Source: Patescibacteria group bacterium
GTDB taxonomy: Bacteria > Patescibacteriota > UBA1384 > 2-12-FULL-50-11
NCBI GenBank assembly: GCA_038058635.1
Contig: JBBUAP010000004.1
Location: forward strand, 31,196 to 95,195
Direction: 5' to 3'
DNA length: 64,000 nt
Below are positions 34,525 to 43,824 of the stretch, in pieces (positions within the stretch are counted from its first letter, which is position 1; every line of letters starts with the position of its first letter). The translations under genes and the position numbers were made by a program. The notes under the pieces are model-generated. The model was not told the origin of the DNA and did no database searches. It saw only the letters and a list, made by a program, of their open reading frames with translations.

Positions 34525-36962
34525 GTGACTTTCTGCCGACCTATCTTATCTACACCATCTTAGCCGCGATTGTCATCCTGCCGTTGGCGCTAATGTGGTT
34601 TTTCCGTTATTGGCAGAAAAAGGATGCGCTAGGCGATGTTAACTCTTTAGTTTGTCTATTGGTGTCGCTGCCGAAAGAAGCGACCATCGATCCGCACGCC
34701 GCCAACGAACCCGTCAAAGACTTCAAGGGTTTGATTGCGCCGACAGAACAATTTTACTCGGCGCTAACAACAATAATTCACCAGCGTCATTTTATCGACT
34801 GGCTTTTTAGCACCCCCGCTCACATTAGCTTTGAAATCTATTCAGTCGGTGGCGTGATTTCGTTTGGAATTATCTGTCCAAAGCGGATTCGAACGATCGT
34901 TGAACGACAGGTTCACAGTTTTTTCCACAATGCTCAAATAGTCATTGGTGTCCCACCGAAGGTCTTCACTAGCGAACAAGAACATGTCTCGGGCGTTGTA
35001 TTCGAACAAGGTAAGAACTTTGTCCTCCCCCTCAAGACCTATCAGTATCTTGAGGCTGATCCGCTTAATACTCTAACGACAGCGCTGACCAAATTGCAGG
35101 GCTCGGGCGCCGCTACAATTCAAATGCTGATTCGGCCGATTAGCGACAATTGGCGGATGCACACTGGTATTGCCAGCGGCCATGTTGTCGCAAATAAAAT
35201 GCACCTCGTTAACCGGACTGGTACTGCTCGAGTTCTTGGTACCATTGGTGAAGCAATAAAAACCTCCCCACCGACAGAAATCTCAAAGCAAACCCAGCGC
35301 TCGCCAGCGCAAGAGGAGTTGCTAAAAGCCCTTCAAGAAAAAGGCAATAAAACTGGCTTCGAAACTATCATTCGAGTGCTGGCAACTGGCGACACTCCGA
35401 CGGCAGCCGAAGAAAACACCAAGGCATTGATTAGCTCCTTTTCCCAGTTTTACTCACCGCAATTAAATAGTCTGAAATACCGCCAGATCGAACAAAAACG
35501 AATTTCACGCGATTATCTGCTCCGACTGTTTTCCGGCGCGCCAAAGATGATTTTGAATGTCGAGGAGTTGGCTAGTATTTATCACTTCCCAAATCGTTTC
35601 AGCGAAGTCCCGGGGATGAAATGGGTCTTGGCCAAAACTTTGCCATCACCACCAAACTTGCCCAAAGAGGGAGTGGTCATTGGCGAAAGTAATTATCGAG
35701 GCGAAAAAAATCTAGTTCGACTTCAGGACGAAGACCGCCGTCGTCATATCTTTATGATTGGCAAAACTGGTACTGGTAAGACGACGCTCTTTGAGATGAT
35801 GATCGAGCAGGATATGCATAACGGCAAAGGGCTTTGCTTTATCGATCCACTTGGCGACGCCATCGAGTCGCTATTAAAGAAAGTGCCGACGCACCGGGCT
35901 AATGATGTGATTGTGTTTGACCCGTCCGATATCAAATTTCCACTTGGCTTAAATCTACTTGAATACACCAAACCCGAAGAAAAAGACTTCTTAATTCAGG
36001 AAGTAATCGAGATATTCTACAAACTGTTCGACCCGAACCGGACTGGTATCGTTGGACCCCAGTGGGAGCATTGGGCGCGCAATGCCGCCCTGACGGTGAT
36101 GAGTCGCCCCGAAGGAGGGAGCTTAATCGATTTGCCCCGTCTTTTTACCGACGACGCTTTCCGAGAGGAATCAGTTTCGTTTGTCAGAGACCCGGTTGTC
36201 AAAGCCTTCTGGGAGCAACAGCTAGCCAAAACGGCCGACTTTCACAAATCGGAGATGTATAACTATTTCATCTCTAAGTTTGGCCGATTTATGACCAACG
36301 ATTTGATGCGTAATATTATCGGACAAACCAAAAGCTCTTTTGACCTAAGGGAATTGATGGATTCCGGCAAGATTTTGTTCGTCAACCTCGCCAAAGGTAA
36401 AATTGGCGAGATTAACTCAAATCTATTGGGCTTAATTTTGGTTTCAAAAATCCAAGTCGCGGCTTTCAGTCGGGCAGATACGCCCGAAGAACAGCGGAAA
36501 GATTTCTATCTTTATGTCGATGAGTTTCAGAACTTTACAACCGATACTTTCGCGACGATATTGGCCGAAGCTCGCAAATATCGCCTCAATCTTAATGTCA
36601 CCAATCAGTATTTCGCCCAACTGACCGAACATATTCGTGACGCCGTTATTGGTAATGTGGGAACACTAATTTCCTATCGTATCGGTGCTGAGGACGGCGA
36701 GTATTTAGTCAAAGAAATGCCCGGACTAACGGCCGAAGACCTGACTAACCTTGATCGGTTCCAGGCATATGTTAAACTTCTAATCGATCTGACTCCAAGC
36801 AAGCCGTTCTCGCTTTCGGGTATCAAAAGTGCCAACCCTGGTTCAGTTGAGATGTCCGATTGGCTCAAAAAGTCCACCCGGGCTAAATATACCAAGCAAC
36901 CAGTTGTCTTTGCCCCGATTGCTAAACCAGCAGAATCACCAGTAACCACCCCAAAACCATGA
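34521..36962 (+). CDS. Single-TM membrane protein with C-terminal FtsK/HerA-superfamily P-loop ATPase domain, VirD4/TrwB (type IV coupling protein)-like (paralog 1, 813 aa)
   Basis: N-terminal TM helix; ~400 aa unassigned domain; Walker A FMIGKTGTGKTT; Walker B-like FYLYVDEFQNF; Arg finger-like ARKYRLNLNVTNQ; homologous along its length to the next gene. Confidence 0.6.
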   Translation: MSDFLPTYLIYTILAAIVILPLALMWFFRYWQKKDALGDVNSLVCLLVSLPKEATIDPHAANEPVKDFKGLIAPTEQFYSALTTIIHQRHFIDWLFSTPAHISFEIYSVGGVISFGIICPKRIRTIVERQVHSFFHNAQIVIGVPPKVFTSEQEHVSGVVFEQGKNFVLPLKTYQYLEADPLNTLTTALTKLQGSGAATIQMLIRPISDNWRMHTGIASGHVVANKMHLVNRTGTARVLGTIGEAIKTSPPTEISKQTQRSPAQEELLKALQEKGNKTGFETIIRVLATGDTPTAAEENTKALISSFSQFYSPQLNSLKYRQIEQKRISRDYLLRLFSGAPKMILNVEELASIYHFPNRFSEVPGMKWVLAKTLPSPPNLPKEGVVIGESNYRGEKNLVRLQDEDRRRHIFMIGKTGTGKTTLFEMMIEQDMHNGKGLCFIDPLGDAIESLLKKVPTHRANDVIVFDPSDIKFPLGLNLLEYTKPEEKDFLIQEVIEIFYKLFDPNRTGIVGPQWEHWARNAALTVMSRPEGGSLIDLPRLFTDDAFREESVSFVRDPVVKAFWEQQLAKTADFHKSEMYNYFISKFGRFMTNDLMRNIIGQTKSSFDLRELMDSGKILFVNLAKGKIGEINSNLLGLILVSKIQVAAFSRADTPEEQRKDFYLYVDEFQNFTTDTFATILAEARKYRLNLNVTNQYFAQLTEHIRDAVIGNVGTLISYRIGAEDGEYLVKEMPGLTAEDLTNLDRFQAYVKLLIDLTPSKPFSLSGIKSANPGSVEMSDWLKKSTRAKYTKQPVVFAPIAKPAESPVTTPKP

Positions 36963-39900
36963 ATGTAGCGTTAATCAACCTAATCTTCACCGGCCTCTTT
37001 CTATTCGGGGCAACAATGTTGTGGTATCGGGCCAACAAATTTCGCAAGAAAATAAATTGGGAGGAGCCAGGCGCTTACAGCTTACTTTGCATTTCCGTGC
37101 CGAAAAACAACGAACGAACTCCCCAAGCGGCCGAGCAAATGTTTGCGGCCATGCACGGCATTTTCCGCTCTAGCGCCCAGCAACAGGCCCACCTTAGTTT
37201 TGAGATTGTTTCCAAAGCCCACGCCATCAATTTTTACACCTACGTGCCGACGGATTTGCGAGACTTCGTCTCGAGTCAAATTTTCGCTCAATATCCTACT
37301 GTCGAAATCAGGGAAATCGCGCCTGACGATGACTACACGACCTTAACCGACGAGAAACATATTGCCGCTACTGAACTTGATTTGAAAAAACCGACCGCTT
37401 TTCCGATTAAAACTTTTCAAAACTTTGAAGTTGATCCGCTCTCATCGATTGCTGGCGCTCTCTCCTCGGTCAATGAACAGGAGGAGGTTTGGGTACAGGT
37501 ACTGATCAGACCAATCGATGACGACTGGCAGGACTTGGGTAAAACCGAGGTTAAAAAGCTGAAAGATGGCTTCAAGTCGTTGGGTTTGAGGCAATTACTA
37601 AAAGCCGAGCTAAAGACCATGCTTTTCGATCTGACCAAGCACGCCCTAACAGGTCCACCTCCCGAAGAGAAGAAAAAAGACGACAAGAAAAAGGACGAGA
37701 AAGACACGCCGGAGTCGGCAGCGATTAAGGCGATCGAAGAGAAAATTACTAAACTCGGTTTCGCCACCAACATTCGAATTTTAGCGGCTGGTAGCGACGA
37801 GTATTCGGCTCGGGCTAAACTAGAACAGGTGGTCGGTGCTTTCAAACAATTCAATACTATCAACCTTAACGCCTTTATAGCTAAAGACATTACCAGCGAT
37901 CGGGCCGCTCATGAACTTTTTACGAGTAGAGTTTTTGGAGAGCACACCATGATTTTTAATATCACCGAACTGGCCTCAGTTTATCACTACCCATCGGAAA
38001 CAGTGGCGACCCCGACGATTGCCTGGGCGGGTTCAAAAAAGGGCGAACCACCAGCCAATCTGCCACTAGAAAATGTCGTGCCGGCCGACGAGCTAACAGT
38101 GTTTGGCCAGACTAACTTCCGTAGTCAGGTAAAGAGGTTTGGTATCAAAAGGAAAGATCGTCGCTTGCATATGTACATTATCGGTAAAACCGGCACCGGT
38201 AAATCGACGCTGATGGAGAATATGATTATCGACGATATTAATGAAGGCAGGGGAATGGCCGTAGTCGATCCACACGGTTCGCTCATTCAACATGTACTAG
38301 AATTTATCCCCGAAAACAGAATTCAGGATGTGATCTATTTTAACCCAGCCGATCACGAACACCCCGTCGGGTTCAATTTATTAGAAAATGTCGATCCCGA
38401 ACAGAAGAATATTGTTGCCTCCGGAGTAATCGGCATTATGGAGAAGATTTTCGGCGAAGTCTCTTGGGGCCCGCGATTGGAGTACATTTTGCGCAATGTT
38501 ATTTTAGCGCTTTTAGAATACCCAAACTCTACTTTCATGGGCATTATGAGAATATTGACCGACAACGCTTACCGACGACTGGTCGTCAACGAAGTCAAAG
38601 ATCCGGTCATTCGCGACTTCTTCATTAACGAGTTTGAGAAGTACGAGCCAAAGTTTCGAACTGAAGCGATCGCCCCGATTCAAAATAAGGTCGGCCAGTT
38701 TCTATCGGCCTCAACGATTCGCAACATTGTCGGCCAGCCTAAATCGACTATTGATATCCGCCGCATTATGGACGAGGGCAAAATACTCTTAGCTGACTTA
38801 TCGATCGGTAAGATCGGGGAAGACAACTCCGCCCTACTTGGCTCGATGTTGATTACCAAAATTCAGTTGGCGGCGATGGGGCGAGTCGATACGGCTGAAA
38901 GTGAACGGCGCGATTTTTACTTGTATGTTGATGAGTTTCAGAACTTTGCGACCGAATCGTTTGCGACTATTCTGTCGGAAGCCCGCAAGTACCGTCTCAA
39001 TCTGGCGATGGCCAACCAATATACGGCCCAAATGCCGGAAGCCGTTTCTAATGCCGTCTTTGGCAATGTCGGGACGATGATCAGCTTCCGCGTTGGGGCG
39101 CAAGATGCCGACACCTTGGTTAAAGAGTACGAGCCAGTCTTTGACGCTAATGACTTAGTTAATCTAGATAACTTCCAGATATACCTAAAGATGGCCATCG
39201 ACGGCGTGACTGTACCGGCCTTTTCGGCTGGTACATTGCCACCACGTACGGAGAAAACTCATCTTGTCGATCAAATCATTGCCAACAGTCGTCTGATGTA
39301 CTCACGACCGGTTGAGGAGGTAGAAGATTACATCACCGAATGGTCAACACCGATAAATTTGTCAGACCCTTCGAAGCAACCGATACCTCAACCCTACGAA
39401 GAACTGAAGACAAAGCCCAACGCCTTCGAGAAAGATAAAGCTCGCTCTCCAATCATCGGAGTAGAAGAGCAATCTAGTCCCCAGCCCCTAGCTCCTAGTC
39501 CCGACGAAGTAGGGGAGAGCGAAGAAAAAAAGGAAGCCGAAAAGGCGCCAAAAGTATTTGAGGAAGAGGGGACTGAAGCGACGAAAGCGGCCAAGACAGA
39601 GCCGGGTCGGGTGGAATTACCAAGAGGCATCAAGACCGAAATTATCAAAGACAGATTCGATCGACAGTGGTATGCGGTGACGGAAGAGGGCAAGATTCAA
39701 GGACCAGGATTAAAGAGTCAAGAGTTAAGTGATAATACTTCAGATGAGTCCAGTGTCCAGTCCCCAGTTCCTAGTCCCACTGAAAGTGGGGGAGAGAGGC
39801 AAGCCGAAGAAGAGTCTAGTTCTCAGTCCCTAGCTCCTAGTTCCACCGAAAGTGGGGGAGCAGAAGTCGTAGAAAATACAGAGCCTCCGGTCCAGAGTGG

Positions 39901-40042
39901 GGGAGAGGCGACCGAAAAAGACCAATTGATTAGCTGGGATGATATTGAGCAGCTTGATATCCAAGCACCAATTGAGCCAGTTAGCGAGCCAGTTCAAAGC
40001 AGTCCCGATCAGGGCCTGACGCCCTTGGACGAAATCCGTTAA
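36959..40042 (+). CDS. Single-TM membrane protein with VirD4/TrwB/FtsK-like P-loop ATPase domain and long acidic repeat-containing C-terminal tail (paralog 2, 1027 aa)
   Basis: TM helix MNVALINLIFTGLFLFGATMLWY; Walker A MYIIGKTGTGKST; Walker B FYLYVDEFQNF; ARKYRLNLAMANQ; ~250 aa Glu/Ser/Pro-rich tail with three ~60 nt repeats. Confidence 0.6.
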   Translation: MNVALINLIFTGLFLFGATMLWYRANKFRKKINWEEPGAYSLLCISVPKNNERTPQAAEQMFAAMHGIFRSSAQQQAHLSFEIVSKAHAINFYTYVPTDLRDFVSSQIFAQYPTVEIREIAPDDDYTTLTDEKHIAATELDLKKPTAFPIKTFQNFEVDPLSSIAGALSSVNEQEEVWVQVLIRPIDDDWQDLGKTEVKKLKDGFKSLGLRQLLKAELKTMLFDLTKHALTGPPPEEKKKDDKKKDEKDTPESAAIKAIEEKITKLGFATNIRILAAGSDEYSARAKLEQVVGAFKQFNTINLNAFIAKDITSDRAAHELFTSRVFGEHTMIFNITELASVYHYPSETVATPTIAWAGSKKGEPPANLPLENVVPADELTVFGQTNFRSQVKRFGIKRKDRRLHMYIIGKTGTGKSTLMENMIIDDINEGRGMAVVDPHGSLIQHVLEFIPENRIQDVIYFNPADHEHPVGFNLLENVDPEQKNIVASGVIGIMEKIFGEVSWGPRLEYILRNVILALLEYPNSTFMGIMRILTDNAYRRLVVNEVKDPVIRDFFINEFEKYEPKFRTEAIAPIQNKVGQFLSASTIRNIVGQPKSTIDIRRIMDEGKILLADLSIGKIGEDNSALLGSMLITKIQLAAMGRVDTAESERRDFYLYVDEFQNFATESFATILSEARKYRLNLAMANQYTAQMPEAVSNAVFGNVGTMISFRVGAQDADTLVKEYEPVFDANDLVNLDNFQIYLKMAIDGVTVPAFSAGTLPPRTEKTHLVDQIIANSRLMYSRPVEEVEDYITEWSTPINLSDPSKQPIPQPYEELKTKPNAFEKDKARSPIIGVEEQSSPQPLAPSPDEVGESEEKKEAEKAPKVFEEEGTEATKAAKTEPGRVELPRGIKTEIIKDRFDRQWYAVTEEGKIQGPGLKSQELSDNTSDESSVQSPVPSPTESGGERQAEEESSSQSLAPSSTESGGAEVVENTEPPVQSGGEATEKDQLISWDDIEQLDIQAPIEPVSEPVQSSPDQGLTPLDEIR
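39473..39915 (+). repeat. Three-plus imperfect ~60-66 bp tandem-like repeats inside the 3' end of the paralog-2 CDS
   Basis: Repeated peptide SSxQ(S/P)LAPS(P/S)TESGGE..EE at 39473-39526, 39748-39813, 39814-39873 (partial copy at 39883-39915). Confidence 0.7.
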
Positions 40043-40300
40043 AAACCCGTCCCCTCTCCAAGGGGAGAATTGTCAAATTTTTTAAATTTGTTTGGTAATT
40101 CCCCCACCTAGCCCCGGGGGAGAGTAGAGTGAAATTTACTGAAATTGACCCCATCTTGGCTACCTCTCTCGAAAGTCGTTTTTAGGCCAATTCCCCTGTT
40201 TCTAAATTTCTTGACGCACAAGATACATTGTACGTCAAAGATTATCTACCACCTCTTTACTTACTCTTTGGCTCTTGTATAATATTTCGAGAGGTGTTGA

Positions 40301-40495
40301 ATGTCAGACGTCTCTCACTCCAATATCGGCCTCCTCTTTATCTGTCCTGCATGTAATCACACAAACTTAGGTTTTGGCCTGGAACCTTATCAGTGTAAGG
40401 AATGTGGTCGGGAGTTCGAGTACATATCTGATACACTCGAGCTCATCGGTCAAGTCCGAAAGAAGATCGAAGAAGAACAGGAACAAGGGCAGTGA
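40301..40495 (+). CDS. Small zinc-ribbon protein with acidic C-terminus (hypothetical)
   Basis: CPACNH...CKECG ribbon; extended -10 TGTATAAT and GAGAGGTG RBS upstream. Confidence 0.45.
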   Translation: MSDVSHSNIGLLFICPACNHTNLGFGLEPYQCKECGREFEYISDTLELIGQVRKKIEEEQEQGQ

Positions 40496-40646
40496 CCGCA
40501 AGGAAACTGCCCTTAGCATATACTCCACACCTGTCAAAACACACTTTACGGTCAAATCTGCGTTTTAAGCGACGCAATTGTTTTTGATGATTAGTTCATC
40601 GTCCAACCGTCAAAAATTACACCCGACAATGCCGATGACGGCGAAC

Positions 40647-41570
40647 TTACAGCCGTGGATGCTGGCGACTAATGCGGTTTTGCCACACGGCCAATAATGG
40701 CGTGGCGGTGAAGATCGACGAGTAAGTTCCGATCGCAATTCCAACTAACAGCGTGACGACAAACCCTCGAATACTCTCGCCGCCCATAATCGTTAAGGCA
40801 GTTAGGGTAATGACGACCGTCAAGCTGGTCGCAATCGATCGGTTTAAGGTTTGACCGAGCGACATGTCGGCAATTGTTTCAAAACCAAGTGATTCACCTT
40901 TATGTCTGGCTAGATTCTCGCGAATTCGATCGAAGACAACGATGGTATCATGAACCGAGAAACCCATGACCGTCAACAAGGCAGTGATAAACGAAGCGTC
41001 AACTTCAAAGTGGAAAAAATGGGCCAGGATCGAGAAAACCCCGACCGTTATAACTAAATCATGCAGTAGGGCGATGACGGCCACGACCCCAAAACGCCAA
41101 GATGAGACGGGGTAAGTTACCGCTCTGAACGAGTACGCGAGGTAAAGTACGATAAATACCGAGGCCAAAAAGACGGCGATAATCGCTTTGCGGGTTAAGT
41201 CTCGACTAACGCTCGGGCCGACCAGTTGGTATTGGCGCTCTGTCACTGTCCCGAAGTCCTCGCCGGCTTTCTTGAGAATCTCCTGGTGATCGGCGTCAGT
41301 AATAGGAAGCATTCGCAGAGTCAGAACTGATTGGTCGGTTTTAGTGACCACTAACCCGTTGACGCCTGGATAACTGGCAACTTTTTCTCGAAGTTGGTTT
41401 TCGTCAACTGGTTGCTCAAAGCTCAAGTCCAACTGGGCCCCGCCCTTGAAATCAATCCCGAGCGGTAATTTCCAAATTCCCAAGAATGCTAGGCCGATCA
41501 CAAATAAAGCTATTGAGATTACGAACCATAGCTTCTTTTTCCGCCCTAGAAATGAGTAGTGTTCTGTCAT
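40647..41570 (-). CDS. secF: Protein translocase subunit SecF
   Basis: 307 aa; 6-TM SecF signature, immediately downstream of secD on the same strand. Confidence 0.9.
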   Translation of the reverse strand: MTEHYSFLGRKKKLWFVISIALFVIGLAFLGIWKLPLGIDFKGGAQLDLSFEQPVDENQLREKVASYPGVNGLVVTKTDQSVLTLRMLPITDADHQEILKKAGEDFGTVTERQYQLVGPSVSRDLTRKAIIAVFLASVFIVLYLAYSFRAVTYPVSSWRFGVVAVIALLHDLVITVGVFSILAHFFHFEVDASFITALLTVMGFSVHDTIVVFDRIRENLARHKGESLGFETIADMSLGQTLNRSIATSLTVVITLTALTIMGGESIRGFVVTLLVGIAIGTYSSIFTATPLLAVWQNRISRQHPRL

Positions 41571-42835
41571 CAGATTTTTTCTAACTGCCTCTCCCCTATC
41601 CTGAAAATTGTTAAAACTCGCAGGAACGCTCGGCTGGCGGTGATTGAGCTAAAGAGTGAGACAATCACACCGAGAGCGAGAGTAAAAGCGAATCCCCTGA
41701 CCGAACCGGTGGTGGTGTAGTAGAGAATAATACAGGTGATAATGGTTGAAGCGTTGGAGTCGCGAACCGAAGGCCAAGCCCGGCGGAAAGCTTCTTCTAG
41801 GGCAATCTTCAGGGTCTTCCCTTCTCTCAACTCCTCCCGCAACCTCTCAAATATTAGAATATTAGCGTCAACGGCCATACCAATCGATAGAATGAAACCA
41901 GCCATGCCGGCTAAGGTTAGGGTGACGGGAATGAGTTTAAAGAGCGCTAAGGTAATCAGGGCGTAGCCGGTCAGGGCGAAGACCGCGATTAGCCCGGCCA
42001 GGCGGTAATTGAAAACCATGAATAACATGACCAGCACCAAACCAACGATACCGGCCACTAGAGATTTCTTGATCGAATCGACGCCAAGTGTTGCCCCAAC
42101 AGTGTGCTGTTCGATTAATTTGATCGGTACATCAAGCGCCCCGGCGTTGAGTAAGCTGACTAACTGCTTGACTTGCTCAATAGTGAACTGGCCAGTGATG
42201 ACGGCGTCGCCAGAATCGATTTGTTGTTGAACGGTTGGCGCCGACAGGACTTGATCGTCAAGGAAAATCGCCACCTGCTTGCCAACATTACGACCGGTAA
42301 TCTCGCTAAACAGTCGCTGTCCCTCTTCACTAAATTGCAGTCCAATTTGGGGGGCGTTGGTTGTTTGATCGAAACTAACCTGAGCTCTTTTTAGCTGCTT
42401 GCCATTGAGATTGGTCGGTAGCCATTTAATATCATTCTCAGTACTGGACGGGTCCAGCTCTTTGAAATCCAGTTGAGCAGTCTTACCGATCAGATCGATC
42501 GCCTGCTGAACATCTTTAATGCCCGGTAGTTCAACGACAACGGTGTTGGTCGTCCCCACTTTAGCGGGTTGAATTAACGGTTCGGAGACGCCTGTACTAT
42601 TCACTCGGCGTTCGATAACTTGCCGGGTCGATTCGATGGCGCCAGCTTTTTCGCTATCGGCGGTTTTGGAGAGGTCGAGTTCGTAGGCAAGACGAACTCC
42701 GCCTTGCAAATCGAGTCCTTGTCGGACTGGCAGGTCACGACCCAAAAACTCTTCTGTCTTTGGATATGAAATGTAACCAGATAAGCCGATAATCGCTACT
42801 ATTAATAATAGTCCGAACCAGAAACTCTTTCGCAT
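41570..42835 (-). CDS. secD: Protein translocase subunit SecD
   Basis: 421 aa; large periplasmic-type loop followed by the RND-like TM bundle (LGVDSIKKSLVAGIVGLVLVMLFM...). Confidence 0.9.
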   Translation of the reverse strand: MRKSFWFGLLLIVAIIGLSGYISYPKTEEFLGRDLPVRQGLDLQGGVRLAYELDLSKTADSEKAGAIESTRQVIERRVNSTGVSEPLIQPAKVGTTNTVVVELPGIKDVQQAIDLIGKTAQLDFKELDPSSTENDIKWLPTNLNGKQLKRAQVSFDQTTNAPQIGLQFSEEGQRLFSEITGRNVGKQVAIFLDDQVLSAPTVQQQIDSGDAVITGQFTIEQVKQLVSLLNAGALDVPIKLIEQHTVGATLGVDSIKKSLVAGIVGLVLVMLFMVFNYRLAGLIAVFALTGYALITLALFKLIPVTLTLAGMAGFILSIGMAVDANILIFERLREELREGKTLKIALEEAFRRAWPSVRDSNASTIITCIILYYTTTGSVRGFAFTLALGVIVSLFSSITASRAFLRVLTIFRIGERQLEKI

Positions 42836-42866
42836 TGCGTCATACTAACAGAGAAGTTTTGGCTTT

Positions 42867-43601
42867 TCAAGCAAGTTGGATTTTCAGAAGAATTAGGACA
42901 TTTTGGAGATCTTCTGGCAGTGGAGCTTGGTAAGTATTGGCATCCAGCTCAATCGAACTGGCGTGAAGAAATTGGCGAGTTAAGCCAAGATGTTCGGCTA
43001 AGTTGTCAGACAGTTTGCTGCCGTAAAGTTCATCACCGATTATTGGATGTCCGATTGACTGCAGGTGGACTCGGATTTGGTGCGTTCGGCCAGTAACCGG
43101 ACTACATTCTACCAAACTAACTTTCTCCCCTTCCCGCTCCCCTACCGCTAGACGCCTGTAGTTTGTGATGGCAGGACGAGATTTAGCGCTAGGTAATAAG
43201 GCGACGCGCATACGGTCATTACGGTTATCACGCTCAATAGAAAGCTCGACACTCCCCGCTTCTGGCGTCTCCCCTACCACCAAAGCGATGTAGGTTTTTT
43301 TGACCACTCTCCCCTGCCAGGACTTTTGTAAGTCTTCTTGGGCGAGTTTATTCTTGGCCCAAATCAAAACTCCTGAAGTCTCAACATCGAGTCGATGAAC
43401 GATGCCGAATCGGTCTAAGTCCTTTATCGCATATATGTGATAAACAGTATTGAGCCAGTCGCTGATTGATGGGTAATTTGGGTGTGGCTCAACCGAATAC
43501 CCAGCTGGTTTGTTGATGACAAAGTAATCGGCGTTCTCGGTAATTAGGGTGGGTAACATCTTACCTATTATATAATAAAGGAAGCCCCACCGCCGATCCA
43601 A
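42867..43601 (-). CDS. RluA-family pseudouridine synthase
   Basis: Catalytic motif HRLDVETSGVLIWAKNK. Confidence 0.85.
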   Translation of the reverse strand: MDRRWGFLYYIIGKMLPTLITENADYFVINKPAGYSVEPHPNYPSISDWLNTVYHIYAIKDLDRFGIVHRLDVETSGVLIWAKNKLAQEDLQKSWQGRVVKKTYIALVVGETPEAGSVELSIERDNRNDRMRVALLPSAKSRPAITNYRRLAVGEREGEKVSLVECSPVTGRTHQIRVHLQSIGHPIIGDELYGSKLSDNLAEHLGLTRQFLHASSIELDANTYQAPLPEDLQNVLILLKIQLA

Positions 43602-43824
43602 AGATCATTGGTGAGGCCGAGAACCGCTTCTCTCCAGCGCGCTGGAGACTAGAGCGGTCTTTCTAGACCAGGGCCCAATATAAACCATCCTGAACCGCTT
43701 ATAGCTCGAAGGACAGTGTTCTTGCGGATCTGGTTGCCCCGCACAGATACGAATACGTTAGCATATTCAGCAAACAGTGTCAATGCCCTTGGCCTAAATT
43801 TCAAAACCAGCTAAGCTGACTTCG

